Of a stretch of 64,000 nt of DNA, positions 36,783 through 46,278 are shown piece by piece (position 1 is the first letter of the stretch; every line of letters begins with the position of its first letter). The position numbers and the translations under genes are program-made. The DNA is taken from positions 380-64,379 of IMG/VR virus record IMGVR_UViG_3300026184_000242; one strand, written 5' to 3'. The notes under the pieces were generated by a model. It was not told the origin of the DNA. It saw only the letters and a program-made list of their open reading frames with translations, and searched no databases. This DNA is from a virus (Duplodnaviria; Caudoviricetes).

Positions 36783-38178
36783 GGCCGAATTTGTCCCGGA
36801 AGGCGTAGTACGCCCACCCGCGTTTGTGGCCTTTCAGCTCGGCATGTCCCCATAGCATCCGGAACCATAGGTGCTTGGTTTTCTCGGTCGGCTCCTGGGC
36901 CTCGGAGGGCTGGGCCTGGCCGGAATCGCGGCGGATCTCGCCTAGCTGGCCGTCCACGTAGGCCACACCCTTGCCGATCTCGTCGGGGATGGTACCGCAG
37001 TTGGGACAATCCGGGCGGCCGGAGTAGACATGGAGGCAGTTTTCGCAGGTAAGGAGGGTAGCGCCCTTCTCTTTGCGCTTCTCCTGGACGGGGTTTTTGT
37101 TGTCCTGCCCCGGTTCCAGGGTCCAATCCTCGAACTCGTCAATGAACCCATGCTCGAAAACGGCCCCGGCATGGTCCAGGACAAGGGCGTCCTCCTTGCC
37201 ATCCGCCGGGCGCAAAACGCGCCCAACCATTTGCAGGTAGAGGATAAGAGACTTCGTCGGCCGCGCCAATACACAACAGGAAGCGCGGGGAAAATCCCAT
37301 CCCTCGGTCAACACCTGACAGTTTACGACAACCTGCAAATGTCCTGCTTCCAAATCTTCGAGAATCCGGTCGCGCTCCTCCTTGTCCGTCTTGCCGTGGA
37401 CCACCTCGGCGGCCACCCCGGACGCGCGGAACTCCTCGGCCAGATGGACGGCATGCCGGACCCCGGAGGCGAACACCACGGTGGGCCGGTCCGGCGCGTA
37501 CCGCTCCCAGTGGGTGACCACGTCCCCCACCAGAGTGGGTTGGTCCATGGCGGATTCCAGCTCCCCGCTGGCGTAGTCCCCGTTGCGGATGGTGACCTCG
37601 TCCAGGTCGGGCTGGCTGGGGGCGAAGTACCGGGGCGGGACCAGCCACCCGGCGTCCAACATTTCCCGCATTGTCGGACCCTGGACCAGGGCCTCGAACA
37701 CGTTGCCCAGGCCGCGCCCTTGGATATTGGCGGGCGTGGCGGTAAGGCCGATGAAAACGGCGTCCGGCCACTTCTCCATCAGCTCGCGGTAGGACTTGGC
37801 GGTGGCGTGGTGGGCTTCGTCAATGAAAACCAGGCCGGCGGCCGGCGGGGTGATGCTGCCGTCCTTCACGGCCCGGCGGTATAGGGTCTGGATGGAGCAG
37901 ACCTGGACATGGCGGGCCAGCGGTTGGGCCCCGGCCATAATGATCCCGTGGGGGACGTCGTAGGCCTCCAGCTTATCGCTGGCCTGGTTCACCAGCTCCC
38001 GGCGGTGGGCCAGGAACGCGGTGTAGGTGGACTTCTCCACGGCCCTTCGGATGATGTCGGCGGCCAGGACCGTTTTCCCGGATCCCATCCAGGCCTGGAC
38101 CAGGATCGTGCGGTTCCCCTGACGGATCAGGTCCCGGATCTCCTCGCGGAGGCGCTCCTGGTAGTCGCGCAGTTCCAT
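36658..38178 (-). CDS. Superfamily 2 DNA helicase with C-terminal Zn finger
   Basis: LRDYQ, GSGKT, DEAHH, GLTATP, LTEGWD, QMVGRVLR, CxxC...CPNC. Confidence 0.92.
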   Translation of the reverse strand: MELRDYQERLREEIRDLIRQGNRTILVQAWMGSGKTVLAADIIRRAVEKSTYTAFLAHRRELVNQASDKLEAYDVPHGIIMAGAQPLARHVQVCSIQTLYRRAVKDGSITPPAAGLVFIDEAHHATAKSYRELMEKWPDAVFIGLTATPANIQGRGLGNVFEALVQGPTMREMLDAGWLVPPRYFAPSQPDLDEVTIRNGDYASGELESAMDQPTLVGDVVTHWERYAPDRPTVVFASGVRHAVHLAEEFRASGVAAEVVHGKTDKEERDRILEDLEAGHLQVVVNCQVLTEGWDFPRASCCVLARPTKSLILYLQMVGRVLRPADGKEDALVLDHAGAVFEHGFIDEFEDWTLEPGQDNKNPVQEKRKEKGATLLTCENCLHVYSGRPDCPNCGTIPDEIGKGVAYVDGQLGEIRRDSGQAQPSEAQEPTEKTKHLWFRMLWGHAELKGHKRGWAYYAFRDKFGHDPERTWWKGQPLRPNDEVARWIKYRNIKLAKQREKERAQA

Positions 38179-38260
38179 TGCGGCGTCCTGTCTTGAAATG
38201 GGCGTGATAACGAGGGTATCCCCACCAGGAGGGTGGGGAAAGGGGCAAGAGGGATGGGGG

Positions 38261-38790
38261 TTGACCCTAATGGGCTATAGGGTAATAGTGAATGGACGCA
38301 AAAAAACCCGGCGGTCGGTCATGGGGCCTTACCCGCCGGGTTCAGCCTGGGTGGAACCAGGGACTCAACATATTGTACCCCTGAGTCCCTCCCAGATACA
38401 AGAAGTTCCCACCAGGCTGTTTCGATGTGACCCCATCCGGAATCGCCCAAGCCGCAGACCTCCGGGGGATGCAACCCCTGCAAGGGAGGTAAGAGGCGAA
38501 CCCACCCTGGCCGTCCGCTTGGACCAGCGGCCCGTACTCGGGAAGGTAGCCCGAGCGAGGGATAAACGGTTGAAGGTAGGGCTCCGTTGCGTCGGAGCCA
38601 GGTGCTGGGGGCCTGATGATCCGTGCTGGAGCTGTTCACCGACCAGCGTGGAATGCACGGTAAAGGCTCAGGCAGCGGAGTGGCGGGCGAGACACCGCGC
38701 CGATATAGCGACCAGGGCGGAACAGCTACCGAAACACCACAAAGGCCTAGAGGCTGGGGGAGGCAGCACCGCCTACCCCGGTCAAAGATT
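38261..38790 (+). ncRNA. Candidate large structured RNA with overlapping antisense unit
   Basis: Promoter-like TTGACC at 38261 and at least 8 GC-rich stems including a long-range pair (38505-38513 with 38709-38717). An opposing promoter and terminator lie at 38401-38300. No convincing ORF. Confidence 0.45.
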
Positions 38791-38810
38791 CTTATTGCCT
38801 GGAGGTTGGC

Positions 38811-39017
38811 ATGAGCGACTGCAAGTGCGGCGGGGTGGTCGAGGTAAAAACCCATGACGTTTCCGGGAAAACCAAGAAAAGGGAATGGCTCCAAAACCCA
38901 TCCCGCCAGGTCCCCGAAGGCTCCCTTTCTGTTTACCAGCGCCGTTGCCGGTCCTGCGGCAGGCAGGAAGTCCGGATTTTTGACGCCGAGGGCTATCAGG
39001 TCGAGCACCGGGGGTAG
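38811..39017 (+). CDS. Small Zn-ribbon protein
   Basis: GGAGG RBS; CKC...CRSC. Confidence 0.55.
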   Translation: MSDCKCGGVVEVKTHDVSGKTKKREWLQNPSRQVPEGSLSVYQRRCRSCGRQEVRIFDAEGYQVEHRG

Positions 39018-39067
39018 GTCGCCGGATCAAAGGGCCCCCGGTATGTCTTAGCCCAGAATCAGGATAT

Positions 39068-39106
39068 GATAACCCTGTTGACATCGGGAATCCCGCTAAG
39101 TAGGAT
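39068..39106 (+). promoter_or_regulatory. sigma70-like promoter of the recombination operon
   Basis: GATAACCCTG-TTGACA-17bp-TAGGAT. Confidence 0.7.
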
Positions 39107-39155
39107 TCCATACATGGGTTCGGAAAGAACCTAACTGCGGCGAGGAGAAGGCGAA

Positions 39156-39971
39156 ATGGGCGATGGGAATTGTTCTGACCCCCGGATGATTAGAGACGTC
39201 TACGTCCGGGAGCTGGGGGATGGAAAGGATTGGTACGGGGAAGTCCGGGCCGAGTTCGTTCCTTCCCGCAGCCTGGGGTGGATCGGGGTTACGGGTTTTC
39301 ACCAGGAGGCCAGCGAAGATCCTGGATTCGACTTTCCTGTAGCCGTGGTAGGGGTAACCCGGGAGGAGCTGATCGAGTCCGCTATCCTGGTGCGGGATGC
39401 CCTGCGCCAGTGGGGCACCCAGCTCACCGCCGGCCACCGGCCCACCGAGGCCAGGCAGGGTTTGCGCCGGGCCAAGCGGGCCATTCTGGGGGAGGCGGAG
39501 CCGGAGCCAGCCAAGACTCCGAGTAAACAACCCGCCCCCACCGAGAAACCTGCCAACCAACAAGGTTGCACCCTCAACCCAGACGGCAAAACCTACTCCG
39601 TTCCCCCCCACCTTCTCCGCAGCCCGCCCAGCTCCAATCCCCGCGCCCAGAAGTGGACCCAGGTCCCCCGGGCTGACCAATTCGTTAGCGACCCCTCTTG
39701 GCGTGGCCGGAAAGTGGAGGAGCTGGAGCTTGGGCCCTACCCGCGCGGCCGGCTTTTGGCCGCAGGGATCCGGAGGCTGGGGCAACTCCAGGACTTCACG
39801 GAGGCCGACCTGGCCCAGATCCAAGGCATTGGCACCGATACCGCCCGCGCCATCCTGACCACCATCAACCAGTACGTGGCCTGGGAAGGAAGCGGAAAGA
39901 AGGTCACACGGGCCCGCGACCGCAACCCAAACCCGGCCAAGACCAAGGCCAAGCCCAAGGAGCTTTTCTGA
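39156..39971 (+). CDS. Protein with C-terminal RNA polymerase alpha-CTD-like (HhH) domain
   Basis: VEELELGPYPRGRLLAAGIRRLGQLQDFTEADLAQIQGIG resembles the RpoA CTD pattern. Confidence 0.6.
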   Translation: MGDGNCSDPRMIRDVYVRELGDGKDWYGEVRAEFVPSRSLGWIGVTGFHQEASEDPGFDFPVAVVGVTREELIESAILVRDALRQWGTQLTAGHRPTEARQGLRRAKRAILGEAEPEPAKTPSKQPAPTEKPANQQGCTLNPDGKTYSVPPHLLRSPPSSNPRAQKWTQVPRADQFVSDPSWRGRKVEELELGPYPRGRLLAAGIRRLGQLQDFTEADLAQIQGIGTDTARAILTTINQYVAWEGSGKKVTRARDRNPNPAKTKAKPKELF

Positions 39972-40853
39972 ATGCTTACGGAGGAGGACAAGAGGCTTCG
40001 GCAAACCGGGGTAGGGGGTTCCGATCTGGCCACCATCCTGGGGCTGAATCCTTACCAGACCGCGTGGGAGCTGTACTACGAGAAGATCGGTGTCATGCCT
40101 GACGACGGCGAGGACAGCTTGGCGCAGCGGATGGGCCATCGCCTGGAGGATCCTATCGCCCGCGAGTACGCCCAGGAGTTCCAGGTCCGCCTCCGGCGGC
40201 GCAACCAGACGGTGCGCCACCCCAAGTACGACTGGTTGCTGGCCAACATCGACCGGGAGCGCGTCAAGGAGAAGCGCGGGGTGGAGATCAAGAATGTCGG
40301 GTGGCCGATGGTGGACCGTTGGGGGCCCAGCGGGACGGATCAGGTAGCCGAGCACTACCTACCCCAGCCGCTGCACTACATGCTCGTGCTCGACTATCCG
40401 CGCTGGGACGTCGCCGCCTACCTGGCCGGCACGGAGATCCGCTACTACCACCTGGAGCGTGACCCCGAGTGGGACGAAATCATTATCCAGACCACCCACG
40501 ACTTCTGGCACCACCACGTGCTGGTCCAGAAGCCCCCGGAGCCGGATTTCTCCAAGGAGCCCAACCGGGAGGCCCTGAAGCGCCTCTACCCCGGGACGAA
40601 TGGGGAGACGGTCGAGCTTCCCCCGGAAGCGGTTCACTGGGACCGCGTGTACCAGGAGTCCCGGGAGCTGGCAAAACGCTATGACAACGCCGCACAGGCC
40701 GCCCAGGCCCATATTCTGGAGCTGATCGGGGAGGCGTCCCGGGGGGTGTTTCCGGATGGCTCCGGGTGGGAGCGCAAGAAGGTTTCCCGCAAGGGCTACA
40801 CCGTCGATGCGGCCGAGTATGTCCAGGCCAACCGCAAGAAGGAGCTGAAATGA
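39972..40853 (+). CDS. YqaJ-like (lambda Exo-type) exonuclease
   Basis: GVGGSD...LGLNPY...LYYEK...GHRLED...LANID...VEIK. Confidence 0.9.
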   Translation: MLTEEDKRLRQTGVGGSDLATILGLNPYQTAWELYYEKIGVMPDDGEDSLAQRMGHRLEDPIAREYAQEFQVRLRRRNQTVRHPKYDWLLANIDRERVKEKRGVEIKNVGWPMVDRWGPSGTDQVAEHYLPQPLHYMLVLDYPRWDVAAYLAGTEIRYYHLERDPEWDEIIIQTTHDFWHHHVLVQKPPEPDFSKEPNREALKRLYPGTNGETVELPPEAVHWDRVYQESRELAKRYDNAAQAAQAHILELIGEASRGVFPDGSGWERKKVSRKGYTVDAAEYVQANRKKELK

Positions 40854-41620
40854 CCGCCAGCCAGCCGAGCCTCCTGGTGCGGATGGGGCAGCAATACGGG
40901 GTGGACCCCAACAAGATGATGGTCACCCTCAAGTCCACCGCCTTCCGCCGCGCGGGCCAGATCACCAACGAGGAAATGATGTCCCTCCTGGTGGTGGCCG
41001 AGCAGTACGGGCTCAACCCCTTCACCGGGGAGATCCACGCCTTCCCGAGCAGATCCGGAATCATCCCCGTGGTGGGCGTGGATGGCTGGAGCCGGATCAT
41101 CAATGAGAACCCCAACTTCGACGGGGTGGAGTTCGTGTACTCCGAGGAAATGGCCCAGCCCGAGGGCGGCAAACGCGCCCCCGAGTGGATCGAGGCGGTG
41201 ATCTACCGCAAGGACCGCAGCCACCCCACCCGCGTCCGGGAGTACCTGGACGAGGTCTACCGGGGCACCCAGCCCTGGGTCACCCATACCAAGCGCATGC
41301 TCCGGCATAAGGCCCTGATCCAGGGGGCCCGGATTGCCTTCGGGTTCGCCGGCCTCTACGACGAGGACGAAGCGGAGCGGATCCGGGAGGCGCAGGTAGT
41401 GGAGCCCCAGGGCGGCCCGGTGGAATCCACCCCCACCAGCCGCACCCAGGACCTCAAGGACCAATTCCTGCCGCCATCCGATCCGGACGAGGACGGTGCC
41501 GAGGCGGAGGGCGAGGAGCTTGCCGCAGAGGGGCCGGAGGAGAATCCGGACGACGAATTGTCCGCCCTGGATGGCGACCCCGGGCAAACCACCAAGGAGG
41601 ACGCCGAGGATGGAGAGTAA
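40850..41620 (+). CDS. bet: Bet/RecT single-strand annealing protein
   Basis: QYGLNPFTGEIHAF...VVGVDGWSRIINENPNFDG...RMLRHKALIQGARIAFGFAGLYDEDEA. Confidence 0.92.
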   Translation: MTASQPSLLVRMGQQYGVDPNKMMVTLKSTAFRRAGQITNEEMMSLLVVAEQYGLNPFTGEIHAFPSRSGIIPVVGVDGWSRIINENPNFDGVEFVYSEEMAQPEGGKRAPEWIEAVIYRKDRSHPTRVREYLDEVYRGTQPWVTHTKRMLRHKALIQGARIAFGFAGLYDEDEAERIREAQVVEPQGGPVESTPTSRTQDLKDQFLPPSDPDEDGAEAEGEELAAEGPEENPDDELSALDGDPGQTTKEDAEDGE

Positions 41621-41924
41621 AAAGAATCAGGACGACCTGCTGGCGCACCAACTGCGCCAGATGGCCGATGGGCAGGAGGTATCCGTGGAGGCCCTGATCC
41701 GCGCGGCCCATCGGATCGAGCAGCTCAACGCCTTCCACGAACAGATCATCAACGCCTCCGGCGGGATCTTCCAGGGCCTGATTCGGCTCCTGCCCGAGTC
41801 CGACCGGGACGAAGGCATGAGCTTCGCGGACCAGCGCCACCTCCACACCACCATCCGCCGGGCCTATGACCTGGCCCTGGCTGGCGGGTTCGATCCCGAC
41901 CAGCGCCCGGAGGCCAAGGGATGA
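41610..41924 (+). CDS. Hypothetical protein
   Basis: Coupled between bet and ssb. Confidence 0.5.
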   Translation: MESKKNQDDLLAHQLRQMADGQEVSVEALIRAAHRIEQLNAFHEQIINASGGIFQGLIRLLPESDRDEGMSFADQRHLHTTIRRAYDLALAGGFDPDQRPEAKG

Positions 41925-42310
41925 TTTCCTTCAACAAGCAGTTCATCCAGGGCGAGGTGGTAAACGAGCCAGAGGTCAGCAACCAGGGCCGGACGGCCCG
42001 GGGCAAGGTCACCGTGCGTACCGACCGGGTGGTGAACAAGCGCGAGGGTGGCCAGGAAACCTATAGCGACTACCACCGGGTGGTGGCCTTTGGGGACCGG
42101 GCCGACACCCTGGGCCAGGTCCGCCAGGGAGACGTGGTCTATGTGGAGGGGCGCAGCTCCACCCGCAAGTACCAGGACAAGCAGAACAACAACCGCTACA
42201 TCACCGAGCTAATCGCCATGGAGATCCAGACCCAGGAATCCCGCCCTCAGCCCCAGGAGGTTCCCTCCAATGCGGGCGGCGAGGACCTGGAGGACGATCT
42301 GCCGTTCTAG
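41921..42310 (+). CDS. ssb: Single-stranded DNA-binding protein
   Basis: OB fold (YHRVVAFG...VYVEG...YITE) and acidic DDLPF tail. Confidence 0.92.
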   Translation: MISFNKQFIQGEVVNEPEVSNQGRTARGKVTVRTDRVVNKREGGQETYSDYHRVVAFGDRADTLGQVRQGDVVYVEGRSSTRKYQDKQNNNRYITELIAMEIQTQESRPQPQEVPSNAGGEDLEDDLPF

Positions 42311-42322
42311 GAGGACGCCAAG

Positions 42323-42556
42323 ATGTCGGATGGGCTTTACCGGGTTTCGGATGGGGCGGAAGCCGTTTTCGTCCAGGAGGACGGAACGGAGATCCGGGTT
42401 CATAACTCGCACGATACCACCGGGGTGGTGGTGGACTTCCGCTACCCGGACGGCCGGAAACACCATCCACTCCATGTGGTGCGCCTGCTGACCCATCGAG
42501 TCCGGATCGAGCGCCCCACGGAGCCGCTAGTGGGGCACCCTTTGGACGATGATTAA
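42323..42556 (+). CDS. Hypothetical protein
   Basis: GGAGGACGCC RBS. Confidence 0.5.
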   Translation: MSDGLYRVSDGAEAVFVQEDGTEIRVHNSHDTTGVVVDFRYPDGRKHHPLHVVRLLTHRVRIERPTEPLVGHPLDDD

Positions 42557-42827
42557 GCATGGTTGCTATAACGCGCCGCGTCATAGGGCCTGGCCAGGGG
42601 CGAGCCTGACCTGCGCCTACAGTTTCGACCCCGACGCGGACCACGGGCCATGCAGGGGCTGTTTCCACTACCGCCGGGTCTACCCCGGGGATGAATGGCT
42701 GTACCCACAGTACGTCGCCGCGCAGGGCGTACATTACATCGACCGGCCCTGCCCGGAATGCGGGCGTGAGCGGCTGGTGAGCAATGGGCAGCGGGTATGG
42801 TGCCCGCGCTGCCCTCATTCGCCTTAA
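42549..42827 (+). CDS. Cys-rich hypothetical protein
   Basis: Several CxxC pairs. Confidence 0.5.
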   Translation: MIKHGCYNAPRHRAWPGASLTCAYSFDPDADHGPCRGCFHYRRVYPGDEWLYPQYVAAQGVHYIDRPCPECGRERLVSNGQRVWCPRCPHSP

Positions 42828-42839
42828 CTGGAGGACGCC

Positions 42840-43274
42840 ATGCAGCGTTACATGCAGTTCACCGATTATGAGAACGACCGGCTCCTGATCAACCTGGATC
42901 ACGTCTACGCCTGCGGGTACCGCCGGGACCGCCATGGGACCTACGGCGGGGGCACCCCTCCCGTCCTGTTCCTGGAGTTCGGTGGGGTTTTGCAGCACGT
43001 GGTGCTCAAGGACGAATCCCTGGTGATCCAGTCGGCCAACGAGGTGCGCGAGCTGGGCCACCGGGTGCTGTTCGCCTCCTGGGGAATCAACCCGGACAAG
43101 ACCGTCTGGATGCGGGCCGACCGGATCATCCATGCCCTGGAGAGTCCTGGAGGCGAGTACACCACCGTGGGCCTGGGCGAGACGGGTGACCCGAACGACC
43201 GCCGCCCGGACGGGCTGGAGGTGGCCGAGAACCTGGATCAGCTCCAATCCCACCTGCACCAGCTCTGGAACTAG
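42840..43274 (+). CDS. Hypothetical protein with two similar small domains
   Basis: GGAGGACGCCATG start; LLINLDHV and VWMRADRI segments. Confidence 0.55.
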   Translation: MQRYMQFTDYENDRLLINLDHVYACGYRRDRHGTYGGGTPPVLFLEFGGVLQHVVLKDESLVIQSANEVRELGHRVLFASWGINPDKTVWMRADRIIHALESPGGEYTTVGLGETGDPNDRRPDGLEVAENLDQLQSHLHQLWN

Positions 43275-43283
43275 GGGGAGAAA

Positions 43284-43748
43284 ATGGCGCGAATGCTCAT
43301 ATCAATCCCCGTCCTGGCCACGACGTCCGGCCGCTTCCGGAACCTTTCCCGGATCGGGGCTGGAGGGTTGCTGTTCCAGGAGATCAAGGTGGTCTGGGAG
43401 GACGGAAGGGCCTTCTGGACCATCGGCTGCACGACGATTTCCACCAAGGACCTGCGCAGGGCCCTCCGTCGGTCCCTGATTTCCTACCGCTGGGCCGCCC
43501 TCGCCCTTTCCCCCATGGCCACGGGTGAGGACGTCAAGCGTCATGCCTGGCTTGGGCGGTACGTGCTCCGGATCATGGAGATCCTGGAGGACAGGAGGGT
43601 GACGGAGTTCGATGTCAAGATCCTGGCCGATGCCGAGGTAACCGCTCCGGATACGTCTATCCTCCAAGAAACCCTGGAGGACCTGGAGGCGATACGGGAC
43701 CGAGCCGGACGCTCCCATGCACGGATCCGGATGCGAATGAACCACTGA
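43284..43748 (+). CDS. Hypothetical protein
   Basis: GGAG RBS, 154 aa. Confidence 0.5.
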   Translation: MARMLISIPVLATTSGRFRNLSRIGAGGLLFQEIKVVWEDGRAFWTIGCTTISTKDLRRALRRSLISYRWAALALSPMATGEDVKRHAWLGRYVLRIMEILEDRRVTEFDVKILADAEVTAPDTSILQETLEDLEAIRDRAGRSHARIRMRMNH

Positions 43749-43800
43749 ACCACGGAACCGCTGACTACCCCGGGGGCCTCCCCGGGGCTTGGAGGACGCC

Positions 43801-44127
43801 ATGACTGCCAACCCCTTTGGACGCAACAAGCGCCAGGCCTGGAGAAACCGCCTGGTCCTCTACGACCTCACCACCCGGACCCTCCAGGACACCGGACTCC
43901 GCTATGGCTTAACCCCCACCCGGGTCCGCCAGATTGCCGTGGAGGAGATCCGGGACTACTTCCCCGAGCTGAAAGACGGGGACAGCCCTCCGTCCATCCG
44001 GCAATTCCACCAGAGACCGCGTCTGAACCGGCGGACGATTACCAAGACCACTCCCTGGTGGGTTTTCCTCATGGGGCCTTGTGTACGGATGCGGGGCCGG
44101 TTCCGCCACTTCCGCCGCCAGTCCTGA
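43801..44127 (+). CDS. Sigma70-region-4-like HTH protein
   Basis: TLQDTGLRYGLTPTRVRQI. Confidence 0.55.
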   Translation: MTANPFGRNKRQAWRNRLVLYDLTTRTLQDTGLRYGLTPTRVRQIAVEEIRDYFPELKDGDSPPSIRQFHQRPRLNRRTITKTTPWWVFLMGPCVRMRGRFRHFRRQS

Positions 44128-44142
44128 CAAAGGAGCTTTCCC

Positions 44143-44547
44143 GTGTCGGATTATCCATCCGTGCGTTCCCTGATGTCCCGTTTTCCGAATCCGGTCCGTG
44201 CTCGTCATGGGACTAAACGTAACCGGTATTGCGTGGGTGGGGCGTTACTTATCGCCCTGGAGGAGCGGGAAGATAGCCGGAGGCTGTCTTTCCCCTCTTA
44301 CTCCGAGCTTGGCATGGAGTTCCAAAAGGTGAACCCAGGGCTATCCCCGGTTCGGGCCCATTCACTGGCCGATGAGCTGGTCGATGCCAACGACCGGGGC
44401 CAGTTTAATGAGGCCTGGGGGATCCTGGCCGAGGTCTTGGGGGAATCCAAGCCCGTCCCGCGCTCCAAGTCCCTGGTACCCATCGAGCCCGAGCCCGTCG
44501 AGCCGGTGCGGATCGAGCTGGAGCAGAAAGAACCAGCCCTTGTCTAG
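44143..44547 (+). CDS. Hypothetical protein (YCVGGAL...ND motif)
   Basis: AAGGAG RBS, GTG start. Confidence 0.55.
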   Translation: MSDYPSVRSLMSRFPNPVRARHGTKRNRYCVGGALLIALEEREDSRRLSFPSYSELGMEFQKVNPGLSPVRAHSLADELVDANDRGQFNEAWGILAEVLGESKPVPRSKSLVPIEPEPVEPVRIELEQKEPALV

Positions 44548-44602
44548 CGATAATCCGTTTGAGCCTGATCAACTATCCTCCATCCCTCCAGGGGAGATTC
44601 AT

Positions 44603-45742
44603 ATGCAGGACGCCAAGACTTCCGGAATGAGCCTGGGATTCCACAACGAGGATCCCGACGAGCTGGAGCTGTACGCCTTCCTGTCCAAGGAGCAGGGGTA
44701 CTTCGAGCCCGAAACCTCCCACCTGTTCCAGGCCCACCTGCAACCAGAGCAGGTCGCCTACTTCCAGGAGCTGGTGCTGGAGCACCTGTCCGACGGTCAG
44801 CCCTTGGCCCAATTCCACGCCGATCTGGCCAAGGACGGCTATATCCTCCACCCCCGTGCCCGGCTGCTGATCCACCGCCACGCCTACGGATCCTCCTCCA
44901 CCAAGGTTTTCGCGGTGCTGCCTCCCGATCAGCTCCAGCCGTTCCAGAAGATCCTGGAGAGGGTGGACCAGGACCGCCCGGTTGTGAAGGACGGGACCGC
45001 CGGCGTCACGCTCCACTTCTGGGAAAAGGACCCCATGGGCCGCCTGAATTTCGACCGGATGCTGGTCCAGGCCGACAGTCTCGGCGGGGACGATGGGCTG
45101 TATCCCTTCCTGAACGTCCCCAAGATGGTCAACAGCTTCCTGGATTCCGACGAGCATATCCTGATCCTGTTCGGCCCTCCTGGCTCCGGGAAAACCAGCC
45201 TCATAAAGCGTGTCATGTGGGAGGTGGCCCAAAGCGGACTGCGCCAGGGCGAACCCTTCCCCAACACGTTCTATGTCAAGGACGAAAACCTGCTCCGGGA
45301 CAACAGCTTCTGGAGCAAGATGTCCGGCTCCAACTGCTCCCTGCTGGTGCTGGACGACCTGGACGACAGCCTCCAGCCCCGCACCGCCAGGAAGCCCAAT
45401 CCGTTCGTCAGCCAGCTCCTGTCCTACTCGGACGGCGTGTTCCAGCATCCAGCCAAGACGATCATCACCTCCAACCGGCCCGAGCAATCGGTGGATAAGG
45501 CGCTGGTGCGCCCCGGGCGGTGCTTCGACGTCCTGGAAATGCCCTACCTGACCCGGCAGCAAGCCCAAACGTACTGGACAAGCCAGGGGCTGTCCGCCTC
45601 CTCCTTCCATGACCATTTCGAGGGTCAGGAGGAGATCAGCCAGGCGTGGCTGGTCAGCGCCGTCCAGACGGCCAAGGATCTGCTCCCCCGGGACTACCTC
45701 CACCAGGAGGGGGTGAGCGTTCGCCAACGGTTCCTGCAATGA
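44603..45742 (+). CDS. AAA+ ATPase
   Basis: GPPGSGKT, LLVLDDLD, ITSN...DKALVRPGRCFD (SRH motif). Confidence 0.88.
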   Translation: MQDAKTSGMSLGFHNEDPDELELYAFLSKEQGYFEPETSHLFQAHLQPEQVAYFQELVLEHLSDGQPLAQFHADLAKDGYILHPRARLLIHRHAYGSSSTKVFAVLPPDQLQPFQKILERVDQDRPVVKDGTAGVTLHFWEKDPMGRLNFDRMLVQADSLGGDDGLYPFLNVPKMVNSFLDSDEHILILFGPPGSGKTSLIKRVMWEVAQSGLRQGEPFPNTFYVKDENLLRDNSFWSKMSGSNCSLLVLDDLDDSLQPRTARKPNPFVSQLLSYSDGVFQHPAKTIITSNRPEQSVDKALVRPGRCFDVLEMPYLTRQQAQTYWTSQGLSASSFHDHFEGQEEISQAWLVSAVQTAKDLLPRDYLHQEGVSVRQRFLQ

Positions 45743-45987
45743 CCGACCGGCGGGCATCGCAGGAGGATCTGGCCTACGCCCTGGCCCAGGTCCTTTTCCT
45801 GCTGGACCGGCTGGAAACCCTGGAGCGGGACGAAATCCAGGAGGCCGCCCGGACGTTTGCCGCCTACTCCAAGGTGTCCCGGGCTCCGCTGTTCGAGCAG
45901 AAGGTGGCCCGCAACCTTTCCCGCCTGCGTCTGGCGAGCGGCTCCTGGAGCCAACGGCGAGCGGCGAGGGAAACCAATGGGCCATAG
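45739..45987 (+). CDS. Hypothetical protein
   Basis: ATGA overlap with the AAA gene stop. Confidence 0.5.
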   Translation: MTDRRASQEDLAYALAQVLFLLDRLETLERDEIQEAARTFAAYSKVSRAPLFEQKVARNLSRLRLASGSWSQRRAARETNGP

Positions 45988-46240
45988 CACCAAGGTCGGC
46001 AACAAGCGGCGCTCCCTGGAGGAGCAGGCCCGGGAGGACCGCTACAACGCCTGGGTGAAACGGTCGGGGAAGGAGGCCGCCGACCGGATCCTGGAGCTGG
46101 AGGACGCCCTGCACCTTGTCCTCCAATCCCTGGGGGACATGATCCCCAGGGCCGACGATAGGACGGCCGCAGCCCGGACAGCGAAGCGACGGGCAGAGGA
46201 GGTGCGGGACAATGCTTACGGGGTTGCCCGAAAAAACTAG
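45977..46240 (+). CDS. Hypothetical protein
   Basis: MGHSTKVG...EAADRILELE. Confidence 0.5.
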   Translation: MGHSTKVGNKRRSLEEQAREDRYNAWVKRSGKEAADRILELEDALHLVLQSLGDMIPRADDRTAAARTAKRRAEEVRDNAYGVARKN

Positions 46241-46278
46241 GATAACCCCATTGACATGACAGGGAGGGCCAGTAGAAT
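46241..46278 (+). promoter_or_regulatory. sigma70-like promoter of the Y-RNA/Ro60 unit
   Basis: GATAACCCCA-TTGACA-16bp-TAGAAT. Confidence 0.75.

Noticed and set aside
38198-39008. 219-aa plus and 229-aa minus ORFs upstream of the helicase
   Set aside because: No recognisable motifs, atypical composition, and overlap with promoters, a terminator and dense stems; a non-coding reading is preferred but not proven.
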